The notes below the pieces were generated by a model. That model was not told the DNA's origin, ran no database searches, and saw nothing but the letters and a program-made list of their open reading frames with translations. A stretch of 43,181 nucleotides of DNA. Source: a virus (Duplodnaviria; Caudoviricetes). This document shows, in pieces, positions 8,741 to 17,374 of this stretch. Both the position numbers and the translations under genes were made by a program. The first letter of the stretch is position 1, and each line of letters opens with the position of its first letter. The stretch is from the IMG/VR virus record IMGVR_UViG_3300048856_000126, positions 1 through 43,181 of that record. One strand, written 5' to 3'.

Positions 8741-8973
8741 GTGGGGTGCGAGGTGAGCACTCGGCCGAGGAAGAGCAGATGGCGGTGCGTCACCCGAAGC
8801 GGGGCAAGGCGCACCTCATCGCCCCCGACTGGGAGCGCTGGTACCTGCGGCCCACCACCTCATGCGGGCTCTCGGGGACGCCCCTGACTGACTCGATCGA
8901 GGCGCGCCGGACTGCACCCAAGGACCGCTGCAAGTCCTGCTTCCGCGAGACGAAGGGAGCCCGTTATGCCTGA
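8737..8973 (+). CDS. small Zn-finger-like protein (block 3, first gene)
   Basis: KAHLI...SCG...RCKSC; contains left site EHSAE. Confidence 0.65.
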   Translation: MSGVRGEHSAEEEQMAVRHPKRGKAHLIAPDWERWYLRPTTSCGLSGTPLTDSIEARRTAPKDRCKSCFRETKGARYA

Positions 8974-9286
8974 CCCCCAGGCCGAGAGTGCGGCGACTCG
9001 GACGCTCGCTCACTGGCGGCACGAAGCGGGCCTTGGGGTCTACAGCGGGCCGCGCAATGGCGGACACGGGGGGTTCGGCCGCGACTACCGGATTGTCGCG
9101 CTGGCCGAGCGCCTCCAGGCCGTCGCCGAACTCGTCGTGGACCTGACCGAAGAGGTCGACGAGCTCCGAGCGGACGTCCCTCCCGTGGGCCCCTCCCGCG
9201 TCGCCCACATGTACCGCACCGCCGGCCTGAGCGATGCCCGTGACCGACTCGCAACGCTGCTCGCGAAGGAGTTCCCCAATGCCTGA
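8966..9286 (+). CDS. hypothetical protein
   Basis: ATGCCTGA overlap; MPDPQAESAAT. Confidence 0.7.
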   Translation: MPDPQAESAATRTLAHWRHEAGLGVYSGPRNGGHGGFGRDYRIVALAERLQAVAELVVDLTEEVDELRADVPPVGPSRVAHMYRTAGLSDARDRLATLLAKEFPNA

Positions 9287-10058
9287 GCCCCAGGCCGAGA
9301 GTGCTCGGAGGCGGACGCCCCGAATCCTCGACCTGTTCTGCTGCGCGGGCGGCGCAGGCACCGGCTACCAGCGCGCGGGCTTCGAAGTCTTCGGCGTCGA
9401 CATCGACCCCCAGCCGCGCTATCCATTCATGTTCTGTCGCGGTGACGCGGTCGTGGTCTTGGAACACCTGCTCGACGGCGCGGAGGTTGGGCTGACCTGG
9501 CCGCCATTCGTCGATCCGGAGCCGGTGTGGCTGAGCCTGTCCGACTTCGATGCCATTCACGCCTCGCCGCCATGTCAGCGATACAGCGACTTGGCGAAAC
9601 GCAACGGCAACGCCCACGACTGGCCCGGCCTCGTGGAGCCCGTCCGCGAGCTGCTCAGCCAGACCGGCCTGCCGTACATCATCGAGAACGTCGAAGGGGC
9701 TCCGTTATTGGAGCCGATCACGCTCTGCGGCGCGATGTTTCCGGAGTTGCGCGTCTATCGCCACCGCCTCTTCGAGTCCAACGTCCCGATGGCCGCACCG
9801 GAGCACCCCCGTCATGCCGAGCTGACATTCACCCACGACAAGCGGAAGCGCCACTACGGTCAGCCGCTGGATCTGACCACCATGCGAGTGCAGGTGACCG
9901 GAGGCGGAAACGCGCCCGTGTGGGCCAAGCGCCAGGCGATGGGCGGGCTCAACTGGATGACGGGCCACGAGGTAAACGAGGCGATCCCGCCGGCCTACAC
10001 GGAGTTCCTCGGACGCCAGCTCATCGAGCACGTGACCATCGACGAGGTGGCGGCGTGA
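9279..10058 (+). CDS. C5 DNA cytosine methyltransferase
   Basis: LDLFCCAGG (motif I), HASPPCQ (IV), IIENV (VI), RHRLFE (VIII). Confidence 0.9.
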   Translation: MPEPQAESARRRTPRILDLFCCAGGAGTGYQRAGFEVFGVDIDPQPRYPFMFCRGDAVVVLEHLLDGAEVGLTWPPFVDPEPVWLSLSDFDAIHASPPCQRYSDLAKRNGNAHDWPGLVEPVRELLSQTGLPYIIENVEGAPLLEPITLCGAMFPELRVYRHRLFESNVPMAAPEHPRHAELTFTHDKRKRHYGQPLDLTTMRVQVTGGGNAPVWAKRQAMGGLNWMTGHEVNEAIPPAYTEFLGRQLIEHVTIDEVAA

Positions 10059-10237
10059 GCTGGCTCGAAGGCGTCCATTGCGCCTGCGGGGAGGACGACT
10101 GGAGCTCGGTCCCAGCTCCGGCCGGCGTGCAGACGCTGACGAACTGCCAGCCGATCACTTCGCCCGCCGCGCTTCAAGACTCGAACGAAATCGTTCAAGT
10201 AGATCCGAGCACAACGCCTGCTGGCGGTGAGGGCTGA
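10055..10237 (+). CDS. small hypothetical protein (block 3, last gene)
   Basis: GTGA overlap; contains QPITSP right site. Confidence 0.5.
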   Translation: MSWLEGVHCACGEDDWSSVPAPAGVQTLTNCQPITSPAALQDSNEIVQVDPSTTPAGGEG

Positions 10238-10440
10238 TGGCCGCCACCTGCCCGCTGTGCGACCGCGTCCACGTGCGCGGTGACGTCATTGCCGTGGGCA
10301 AGTTTGACGCGGCCGGCGCCTACGCCTACCGGACTGCCGACGGAGCCCTCCATGCGACCCGCGAGGACGGTCAGGAGCACCTCTGCTGGCAGCGCCGCCA
10401 GCGACCCACTCCGCCCGAACAGACCGGATCGGCCACATGA
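10237..10440 (+). CDS. small hypothetical protein
   Basis: TGATG overlap; CPLC...HLC. Confidence 0.6.
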   Translation: MAATCPLCDRVHVRGDVIAVGKFDAAGAYAYRTADGALHATREDGQEHLCWQRRQRPTPPEQTGSAT

Positions 10441-10763
10441 GCACCGCCGCCTCCGGACGCGCCCGCGAACACAAGATCCGCGACGAGCTCACCGCCCACG
10501 GCTGGCATCTCGTCGCACGATCCGCCGGCAGCAAAGGAGCGGCCGACCTCGTCATGGTCCACGCCGAGTACGGCCTCGCGCTCATCCAGGTCGGCACCGA
10601 CAAGAAGTCCCTCGGGCCAGCCGACCGCAACCGCCTGCTCGACCTCGCCGACCTCTGCTCGGCGCTACCCATCGTCGCCCGCTGTGCGCCGCGACAACCC
10701 ACCGTCTACACGCGCGCGACTCGGGACGTGCCTTCGACCTGGACCGAATGGAGTCCGTCATGA
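10437..10763 (+). CDS. Hjc-type (PD-(D/E)xK) Holliday junction resolvase
   Basis: GRAREHKIRDEL..HGW..RSAGSKGAADLV...LIQV. Confidence 0.8.
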   Translation: MSTAASGRAREHKIRDELTAHGWHLVARSAGSKGAADLVMVHAEYGLALIQVGTDKKSLGPADRNRLLDLADLCSALPIVARCAPRQPTVYTRATRDVPSTWTEWSPS

Positions 10764-10936
10764 CCGAGAACATCGGCAGCACCAACGAACAGACCATGTT
10801 CCTCGACGAGCGCCTGCCCCTCGTCGTCGAATCCGAAGCCGTCATCGCCGAACACGCACCTGCTGCGCTGCGGGTGCTCGCCAGGTTCGGAGCGATGGAC
10901 CTGGCGGCGGCGCTGGGGGTCGGGGAGCCAGCATGA
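10760..10936 (+). CDS. hypothetical protein
   Basis: ATGA-coupled at both ends. Confidence 0.55.
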   Translation: MTENIGSTNEQTMFLDERLPLVVESEAVIAEHAPAALRVLARFGAMDLAAALGVGEPA

Positions 10937-11451
10937 GCCGCTGCGAATGGTGCGGGGCTCGGACGACGAGCGCGGCGGTCAAGACGTGCGGCGGATGCAA
11001 GGGCGTCATCTCAACCTTGGGCCGGACGTCGCCTGAGACGCACGGCCTGTCGCGCGGCACATGGCACACCAGGCCGGGCGGCGTACAAGGTCTGGATCTC
11101 GTGGGACGAGGACGTGGCATGACCGCCCTCGAAGGCGGCACTTGGGTCCAGCGTGGCGCAGTGAAGGTCTGGACGACGCACGTACCGCCGCCCGTGCAGC
11201 CCCGCCGACAGCTCGACCTCACGAAGCTCATCGCGTGCCCGACCTGTCGCGCGGCAGTGACGGAGACCTGTCGCACCAAGAGCGGTCATCGCACCACGCC
11301 CCACGGCTCGCGGCTCGCACCCAGGCTCTGCGCGTGCGGCTCACTGCTGGGCACGAAGCGCCGGCTGTGCGACGCCTGCCGTGACGAGTCGATGAGGGTC
11401 AGCAAGCGGGACCACCTGCGGCGACTCCGGGGAGGTCGAGATGCGGCCTGA
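10933..11451 (+). CDS. Zn-finger protein(s); probably two genes (10933-11122 and 11119-11451) fused by a +1 indel
   Basis: CEWC/CGGC then CPTC..C..H, CAC..CDAC; see finding. Confidence 0.6.
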   Translation: MSRCEWCGARTTSAAVKTCGGCKGVISTLGRTSPETHGLSRGTWHTRPGGVQGLDLVGRGRGMTALEGGTWVQRGAVKVWTTHVPPPVQPRRQLDLTKLIACPTCRAAVTETCRTKSGHRTTPHGSRLAPRLCACGSLLGTKRRLCDACRDESMRVSKRDHLRRLRGGRDAA

Positions 11452-11617
11452 GATCAAGACCCCCAACCCCGTCCAGCTCACCGTCGAGGGCGCCTGGTTC
11501 GTGCTCACCTGCGCCTGCAAGTGGCTGCGCGCAACCACGAGCGAAGGGCTGCTGAACGAGTACCGCCGAGAGCACGAGAAGCGGTGCAAGGTGGCGCGTG
11601 GGGAGGAGGCGGCGTGA
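11441..11617 (+). CDS. small Zn-binding protein
   Basis: GGAGG RBS; LTCACKW...HEKRC. Confidence 0.55.
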   Translation: MRPEIKTPNPVQLTVEGAWFVLTCACKWLRATTSEGLLNEYRREHEKRCKVARGEEAA

Positions 11618-11651
11618 TGGTGTTTCCGCAGGTCAGAGGCGGTTTTGATGT

Positions 11652-11693
11652 TAGAATGCAAGTGGCCGAGAGGTGCGCTAACACCCCCCGGCC
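11652..11693 (+). promoter_or_regulatory. internal promoter with 5' hairpin
   Basis: TAGAAT -10 followed by GGCCGAGAGGTG-CGCTAA-CACCCCCCGGCC in a gap of an otherwise coupled operon. Confidence 0.55.
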
Positions 11694-11735
11694 GACCCAC
11701 CTGTCCGACACAACCGGAAGGGGGCTGTCGTCATT

Positions 11736-12212
11736 ATGACGCACCCTAAATCTTCAACTCACTCGGCCGACGCCACGCTCGTCGGAGTAGTTCGCCCCGA
11801 CGGCGCAGCCATGGTTCACCGGAGCGACTGCTTGCATGTTCGGGACGCGATGAGCGCGGTCCGGATGTCGGCGGCAGACATCCAGTCAGACGACCGAAAG
11901 TGCCCGAAGTGCATGTCGGACCGAACGATCGTGGCTGCGGCGCTCGGCGGCCATCACCGAGTGCCGATCCATGCTTTCGACGGGCGGCACGTCGGCTGGC
12001 ACGACACCTACATCACCTTCCCCGAGGCGGAAGTGATGGCCGAATCCTTGGTCCCGGTGATCGCTCGTCTCTACGAGGAGCGCTCTCGGTCGGCCATCAA
12101 GACGGCTAAGGCCCTGGCTTGGGACGAGGGCTACGCCGATGCGATCCGCGATTCCGAGGCCGACGACTACACGTCCGAGAACCCCTACTGGGAAGCGGAT
12201 AGCGATGCCTGA
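11736..12212 (+). CDS. hypothetical protein with Zn-finger-like N-terminus (block 4, first gene)
   Basis: THSAD left site; MVHRSDC...KCPKC; AWDEGY...NPY C-terminus. Confidence 0.7.
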   Translation: MTHPKSSTHSADATLVGVVRPDGAAMVHRSDCLHVRDAMSAVRMSAADIQSDDRKCPKCMSDRTIVAAALGGHHRVPIHAFDGRHVGWHDTYITFPEAEVMAESLVPVIARLYEERSRSAIKTAKALAWDEGYADAIRDSEADDYTSENPYWEADSDA

Positions 12213-12405
12213 TATCGATCTTCATGCCGCGCTCGCAGGTCAGCGCGAGGCGATCGTCAACAAGATCGAGGAGATGGCTCTCGCCATCCTGACCGATCCC
12301 GAGGCCGACGATGCGGGCGCTCCGATCGCCGCCGCATTCCTGCGCCAGGCCGCCGAGGTCGCTCGCTGGACGGTTTACGACCCGACGGAGGCCTCCCGTG
12401 GCTGA
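12205..12405 (+). CDS. hypothetical protein
   Basis: ATGCCTGA overlap. Confidence 0.6.
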   Translation: MPDIDLHAALAGQREAIVNKIEEMALAILTDPEADDAGAPIAAAFLRQAAEVARWTVYDPTEASRG

Positions 12406-12904
12406 CCCGATGACCTACCTCCCACTGAAGTCCGTGCTCGCCGGATGGCGCGACGGAGACGAGCGTGAGGGTGGGTGGGAAGAGGAGTTCCGGTTCCTGC
12501 GCACTGAGCACTTCGAACACCTCATGGAGGTGACTCAGTCCATCATCCGCGGCGGGATCTGCGAGCCGATCATGCTCGGGAGTGATGGTCGGGTGTGGGA
12601 CGGGCACCACCGCCTATGCGCCGCCCAGGCGCTCTACCTGGAGTACGTGCCGGTGGCCTTCGCACCACCCGAGGCCCCCCAGCCCGATACCGGCGTCGAG
12701 TCCACCGCGGCGCACCTGCTCGGCCTCCAATGCAGAGCTTGCAATCACAGCATCCTGCGACTTCACCACACCGCCGGCTGCGACTACCTCAATGCCTGCG
12801 ACTGCGACCAAACCATCGGGACCGCCCTTGCTGCAGCCCTCGCCGGGCGCTTGTTGGATCCGGTCACTTCGCCCGAAGAGGGTCGACCAGGGGGCGATGC
12901 GTAG
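12398..12904 (+). CDS. ParB/Srx N-terminal-domain protein (block 4, last gene)
   Basis: SIIRGGICEPIMLGSDGRVWDGHHRLCAA; ends PVTSPEEGRPGGDA. Confidence 0.75.
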   Translation: MADPMTYLPLKSVLAGWRDGDEREGGWEEEFRFLRTEHFEHLMEVTQSIIRGGICEPIMLGSDGRVWDGHHRLCAAQALYLEYVPVAFAPPEAPQPDTGVESTAAHLLGLQCRACNHSILRLHHTAGCDYLNACDCDQTIGTALAAALAGRLLDPVTSPEEGRPGGDA

Positions 12905-13233
12905 TGGCGTTTCCGCGACCTGACTACATGCAGCCCGCGGCCAGCGAGCTCGCGAACCTCGGCGAGCGATACCGAAAGACACGGGGGGGCAATCGGAGCC
13001 GCACCTGGCGTCCCAGCAAACAGCGAATGGAGTTCGTCCGGGCCTTCGTCTTAGATCGCGACGACTACGCCTGTCAGTCATGCGGGTGGCGCGCGGAGCG
13101 CGACGGATACCACCCGGGCGCGGGCCTGCATCTGGACCACCTCATTCCCTATCGAGACGGTGGTTTGTTCTACCCAGGCAACCTCCAAGCCCTTTGCGAA
13201 TCATGCAACTGCCGCAAGGGGGCGCGACCATGA
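12904..13233 (+). CDS. HNH endonuclease
   Basis: VLDRDDYACQSCG...LHLDHLIP..DGG...NLQALCESCNCRKG. Confidence 0.9.
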   Translation: MAFPRPDYMQPAASELANLGERYRKTRGGNRSRTWRPSKQRMEFVRAFVLDRDDYACQSCGWRAERDGYHPGAGLHLDHLIPYRDGGLFYPGNLQALCESCNCRKGARP

Positions 13234-13655
13234 CCACCAAGGACCCTCGACAGTACGCCCGTATGTCCGTGGACATGCCGACCAATAAGAAGTTGAAGGG
13301 GGCGCCCCCTCAGACCAAGTGGCTCGCGTGTGTCGGCGTCCTCTGGTCGACCCAGAACCTCACCGACGGACTCGTGACGCCAGCCATCGTCTGCGCCACC
13401 GCCGAGGTCCCGATCAAGCACTCACGGGACCTCATCAACCGCGACGTCTGGCACGAGAAAGGGCACGCCTGCCCAGACTGTCGACAGCCGGACATTGCCG
13501 CCGAGGTGGTCATTCACGACTTCCTCATTCACCAGGACAGCGCTGAGCAGATCCGCCGCAATCGCGACGAGAAGGCCAAGTCCGGCCGCCTTGCCAATCA
13601 CCTGCGATGGAAGCACGCCGGCCCGATCGAGGAGTGTGTCAAGTGCTCCGAGTAG
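13230..13655 (+). CDS. probable replication initiator (N-terminal domain)
   Basis: NLTDGLV, IHDFLIHQ, ANHLRW...CVKC pattern; followed by iterons. Confidence 0.65.
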   Translation: MTTKDPRQYARMSVDMPTNKKLKGAPPQTKWLACVGVLWSTQNLTDGLVTPAIVCATAEVPIKHSRDLINRDVWHEKGHACPDCRQPDIAAEVVIHDFLIHQDSAEQIRRNRDEKAKSGRLANHLRWKHAGPIEECVKCSE

Positions 13656-13660
13656 TCCCG

Positions 13661-13737
13661 AGTGGGATCCCAGTTGGGATCCGCCACCGGATATCCGAAG
13701 TGGGATCCCGAAACGGATCCCGAAGCGGGGACTCCCG
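13661..13737. repeat. GGATCC iteron cluster (probable origin)
   Basis: GGATCC at 13665, 13677, 13703, 13715; GGATATCC at 13689; GGGGACTCCC at 13727; more AT-rich tract follows. Confidence 0.7.
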
Positions 13738-13857
13738 TAACAGCAGCAGTAGAAGTAACACCGTTGTGCTTCTTGCTTCTTCAGAGCCGATCAACCAAGT
13801 CCAAATCGTTAAGGCAGTAGAGGACCAGGTTGCGTCGCTTGGATTTGGAGCTACGCG

Positions 13858-14340
13858 ATGAACGAGAACGAGATCGGACGGATCGCAGCGGCCGTCAACT
13901 GCTTGCGACCTGACTGGCCCATCGGCAGCCTCTCGACGTTGCTCAACCGCGCCGAATTGGTTCGTCGTCCTCGCCGAGACGTAGCGGTCGCCCTCACCTG
14001 GGTTGCCTGCGACTCCGAGACCAAGACCCCCGCTCGCGTCATCGAAGGCGGGCCGTGGTGGATGGCGACCAGCGCAGAGGGTGGCGAGGACCGCCGCTGG
14101 GCGCCACCGAAGGACCACCAGGCCTGCGGACGACACCCCGGCGAGTGGCGCGACCGCTGCCGAGCCTGCACCGCCGACCGACTGGCTGGCGAGGTCGACG
14201 AGGCACTCCCCCGCACGCCGGCCGAAGAGGCGAAGGCGGCGGCACGAGCTGCTGTCGCCGCCGCAAGAGCGACGACCGCCGAGCCGACCACCGCAACCCC
14301 CGAGACCACCACCGACGAAGCCCAGGAGGGCGCACGATGA
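13858..14340 (+). CDS. hypothetical protein, putative replication accessory
   Basis: follows initiator; LRPDW...KTPARV..GPWW, C..H...C..C. Confidence 0.6.
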   Translation: MNENEIGRIAAAVNCLRPDWPIGSLSTLLNRAELVRRPRRDVAVALTWVACDSETKTPARVIEGGPWWMATSAEGGEDRRWAPPKDHQACGRHPGEWRDRCRACTADRLAGEVDEALPRTPAEEAKAAARAAVAAARATTAEPTTATPETTTDEAQEGAR

Positions 14341-14546
14341 GCATCAACGAGTCCACGAGCGAGGCGTCGGTTTCGATCGACGGCCCCGTGACCTTCGCGG
14401 CGGTCCGCGAGGCGCTCGATCACCTGCAGGCGACCTACGTGTTCGACCGCGACGACTTGGTGACGGTCAGTCCGACCGGCCGCGTGATCGCCAGACGGGT
14501 CACCACTCGCGCGAGTGGTGAGGCTGAGGAGGGGCGCGATGAGTGA
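14337..14546 (+). CDS. hypothetical protein
   Basis: AGGAGG RBS; ATGA overlap. Confidence 0.6.
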   Translation: MSINESTSEASVSIDGPVTFAAVREALDHLQATYVFDRDDLVTVSPTGRVIARRVTTRASGEAEEGRDE

Positions 14547-14991
14547 GCACTCGGCCGAAACTGCGGCGAGCGACCTAGAACGGCAGGATCGTGATAGCCA
14601 GGAGTCCAGCGCCGTAGAGCACTGCGCCGATGACCGCCAGCAGCAGCGAGGCCCACGCCAGCCAGACAACAGTCCTAGCCGTGGCGGCAGGAGAGCCGAA
14701 CCACTCGTTGAGCCTCTCCACGAAGCACACCCTACGCCCGCCGAGGCCGCGTGCGAGTGCGTGGCCTACGCGAATCGCACTGACTACGGGACCGGCGTCG
14801 AGCACGACGTGGACACGGCCTCGTGCTCAATCCACAGCGTGAACGACGACGGCGAAATCGTGATCACAACGCCCGCGAGCGCCGAGCGGGTCAAGACCTC
14901 CGGTCAGCCCATTGACCTGCTGGCTGCCTTGCAGCGTTCGATCGACGCCGCGAAGTCCGACCGACGCAGTACGCCCGAGGTGCAGCGATGA
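14539..14991 (+). CDS. hypothetical protein (block 5)
   Basis: MSEHSAETAA start, STPEVQR end; Ku-tail-like IDLLAALQRSIDAAK. Confidence 0.65.
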   Translation: MSEHSAETAASDLERQDRDSQESSAVEHCADDRQQQRGPRQPDNSPSRGGRRAEPLVEPLHEAHPTPAEAACECVAYANRTDYGTGVEHDVDTASCSIHSVNDDGEIVITTPASAERVKTSGQPIDLLAALQRSIDAAKSDRRSTPEVQR

Positions 14992-15272
14992 GCGAGACGT
15001 TGGCCGAGGTGCTCGCCCAGCACGCGGACATGACCGACCGGAGCTCGAAGGACGGTTGCTCGTGCGGCGGGGCTTCGAACCCGAGCGACTACGCCGACCA
15101 CCTCGCGACCGCCGTGCTGGCTTGGGTCGAGGCGAGGTTGGCGGGGGCGCGGGAGGACGTTAAGGCCGCGGTGCTCGCTAAGTACGACTTCGAGTACGAC
15201 GCGCAAGAGCAGGTCACTCACGCCGCGCTCGACGTCGTGCGTGAGGCGCTGGGCGTGGAGGTGGGGTCGTGA
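14988..15272 (+). CDS. hypothetical protein
   Basis: coupled ORF; H...CSCG...H. Confidence 0.65.
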   Translation: MSETLAEVLAQHADMTDRSSKDGCSCGGASNPSDYADHLATAVLAWVEARLAGAREDVKAAVLAKYDFEYDAQEQVTHAALDVVREALGVEVGS

Positions 15273-15580
15273 GCACCTGTGACACCTGCGCTCACTGGCT
15301 CCGGCCCGAGAAGCGCAACGGGTTCGGGAATGCGGTCAAGTTCGAGGACGACGAATGGAACGACGACCTCGCCGGAGGTCTCGGCGGCTACGTCAAGGGC
15401 GACACGGCGGATCGCCTGTTCGGCGAGTGCCAGGGCGTCCCGTTCGGCGACGCGCTGACCGGCCCGCCACCGCTCGCTGCCATTCGTGATGGCAGCGACT
15501 ACAAGGCCGACCTGTTCACGCAGGCGAAGTTTGGGTGCGTGCTGCACGCCGCGCTTGATCGCTACGAGGGGGACGCATGA
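15269..15580 (+). CDS. hypothetical Zn-binding protein
   Basis: CDTCAHW...GEC...FGCVLH. Confidence 0.65.
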   Translation: MSTCDTCAHWLRPEKRNGFGNAVKFEDDEWNDDLAGGLGGYVKGDTADRLFGECQGVPFGDALTGPPPLAAIRDGSDYKADLFTQAKFGCVLHAALDRYEGDA

Positions 15581-15912
15581 GCACCGACTACGGCGCGCTG
15601 CGGGAGGCGGCGGAGGCGGTCGACCTGGCCGACGGTGAGATCGGTTGGTACGACGCGAACGACGAGCAACCCAGTGAGATCCACACCTGGGATCCGAGCG
15701 AGATCCAGTTCATTGCCGCCGCCTCGCCTGACGTGGTGCTCGCGCTGCTCGACGAGGTGGAGGCGCTGCGGGCGAAGGTGGCGCGGGTCGAGGTGCTGGT
15801 GACCGAGTGGGACATGTCTGGGCGGATGGGCCACCACAACGCGGCCGGATTTGCGGGGGCACTTCGGGCCGCGCTTGATGACAGCAACGACGACCGGGGG
15901 GACGAGCGATGA
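15577..15912 (+). CDS. Ead/Ea22-like protein
   Basis: YGALREAAEA...FIAAASPDVVLALLDEVEAL. Confidence 0.75.
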   Translation: MSTDYGALREAAEAVDLADGEIGWYDANDEQPSEIHTWDPSEIQFIAAASPDVVLALLDEVEALRAKVARVEVLVTEWDMSGRMGHHNAAGFAGALRAALDDSNDDRGDER

Positions 15913-16727
15913 GCAACGTGTGCAGGTGTGGACGACCAACCCGAGACGCCGCCTACGTGTGCGACGAGTGCGCCGACTCGTTGGCCCGGGCGCTCGGGGA
16001 CGTGCCGTGGCTCGACGAGGAGCTCGAAGTCACCATCACGAAGCAGAAGGGCGTCGACTACCGACGTGTCGGCGGCGGAAAGGGTGCCAGGAAGGCGAAT
16101 GAGCGGCCTCTCCCGGCCTCGTGGGGTGCGAGTGAGGCCCGGGGCCACCTGAAGGCTCTGCTCGTCTCCTGGGCGCTCTATTGCTCTCAGGAAGGCGTTC
16201 GGCATCGCGAGACGTCCAACGACCTGCCCGCCGACAACCTCGTCGCGCTCTCCCGTTGGCTCATCTGGCGAGTCGACGGACTCATGCTCCACGACATCGG
16301 CAGCGAGGCGGTCGACGAGATCACGTCCGCCGTCGCCCACTGCCACCGCCTCATCGACCGGCCGGCGGATCGGCAGTACCTCGGCACCTGCCCCACCTGC
16401 CTGTCGGGCAGATTGTTCAGCCGTGCGGGATCGGCCTGGGCAAACTGCGAGGAGTGCGACACGACGCACGACGCCGAGGAGATCCGGGTCAAGCTGCTGG
16501 CCGAGTTGGACGACCGGCTCTGCACCGCCGCCGAGATCGCCAAGCTGTCGACGTACCTCGGGCTGAAGGCGGACCGGGAGCAGGTGCGGAAGCGGATCAA
16601 CAAGTGGGCTCAACGCGGGGTGCTGGCCGAAGCTGCCTCGATCAGTGACGAGCCGACCTACCGATTCGGCACGGTCTACGCGATGCTCGCGGCCGACGAG
16701 TACCGAACGTCGAAGGCCGCCGGATAG
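15909..16727 (+). CDS. Zn-finger/HTH protein, probable late-gene regulator
   Basis: last early gene; CxC..CxxC, CPTC..CEEC, C-terminal HTH (VRKRINKWAQRG...YRFGTV). Confidence 0.65.
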   Translation: MSNVCRCGRPTRDAAYVCDECADSLARALGDVPWLDEELEVTITKQKGVDYRRVGGGKGARKANERPLPASWGASEARGHLKALLVSWALYCSQEGVRHRETSNDLPADNLVALSRWLIWRVDGLMLHDIGSEAVDEITSAVAHCHRLIDRPADRQYLGTCPTCLSGRLFSRAGSAWANCEECDTTHDAEEIRVKLLAELDDRLCTAAEIAKLSTYLGLKADREQVRKRINKWAQRGVLAEAASISDEPTYRFGTVYAMLAADEYRTSKAAG

Positions 16728-16810
16728 CACGTGACTAGGCATATTGCCCAGCGTTCTTGCGAAAGGCTGGGCGATCTGTCACCATTCCGTGCGTAGGGAC
16801 ATTTGTCTCT

Positions 16811-16857
16811 GAAGCGCCCCCGCCGTGAGTCTTAGGCTCAACAGGTTGGGGCGTTTC
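16811..16857 (+). terminator. hairpin at early/late boundary
   Basis: GAAGCGCCCC...GGGGCGTTTC. Confidence 0.5.
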
Positions 16858-16898
16858 GCATGTCCGCCTCGGTAAGCGCGCGGTGCTGCCATCGCTTC

Positions 16899-17066
16899 AT
16901 GACCGCCCTGCGAGTAGGCGACCACAGCACGCGGGTTGAGATCGAGGCGGCCATCGCTGTGCTGCGCGTCAAGGCGCAACGCTGGTCGAGGGTTGACCCG
17001 CGGCGGACCGAGGTTGATGCCGAGGTCGATGCGCTGGTCGAGCAGTGGATGGTGGCTGAGTCGTGA
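16899..17066 (+). CDS. small hypothetical protein
   Basis: GTGA-coupled to the HNH gene. Confidence 0.5.
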   Translation: MTALRVGDHSTRVEIEAAIAVLRVKAQRWSRVDPRRTEVDAEVDALVEQWMVAES

Positions 17067-17374
17067 CCGTGCGCGTGTGCTGTGAGCCTGGCTGCCCTCG
17101 GCTAGTTCGAGATCGGTCCCGCTGTCGCGACCATGAACGTGCGCGGGATCGAGAGCGAGGCACGTCCACCGAACGTGGCTACGGAACCGAACATCAGGCC
17201 AAGCGAGCTGAGGCTGCCGCCCTGGTCGCGACCGGTCTCGTCAAGTGCTGGCGTTGTGCCGAGTACATCGGCGATAATGAACCGTTCGATCTTGGTCATG
17301 ACGACCTTGATCGCGGGTCCTATCGGGGGCCTGAGCACGTGAGGTGTAACCGTGCTACCGCTGGGCGTCGCTGA
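17063..17374 (+). CDS. packaging-associated HNH protein
   Basis: CCEPGCP..RCRDH, RGYG..H, CWRC..DLGH..PEH..CNR; precedes terS, suggests cos packaging. Confidence 0.85.
   Translation: MTVRVCCEPGCPRLVRDRSRCRDHERARDRERGTSTERGYGTEHQAKRAEAAALVATGLVKCWRCAEYIGDNEPFDLGHDDLDRGSYRGPEHVRCNRATAGRR

Noticed and set aside
10181-10198. TCGAAC-GAAATC-GTTCAA resembling a LexA SOS box
   Set aside because: Spacer is 6 nt rather than 4, and it lies within a coding region.
2580-11617. Many proteins ending in -AA or -VA as possible ssrA-like degrons (also ImmA ending YATA)
   Set aside because: Mostly explained by the overlapping RBS and ATGA of the next gene; the ImmA case is too weak to claim.
4386-14977. CRISPR array or diversity-generating retroelement as the explanation for the repeats
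   Set aside because: Repeats are separated by whole genes rather than uniform spacers; no cas, reverse transcriptase or TR/VR pair is visible.
14994-15014. L-like GAGACG-TTGGCCGAG-GTGCTC at the start of the 14988 gene
   Set aside because: No CAC, spacing is off by one, and no downstream R site was found.
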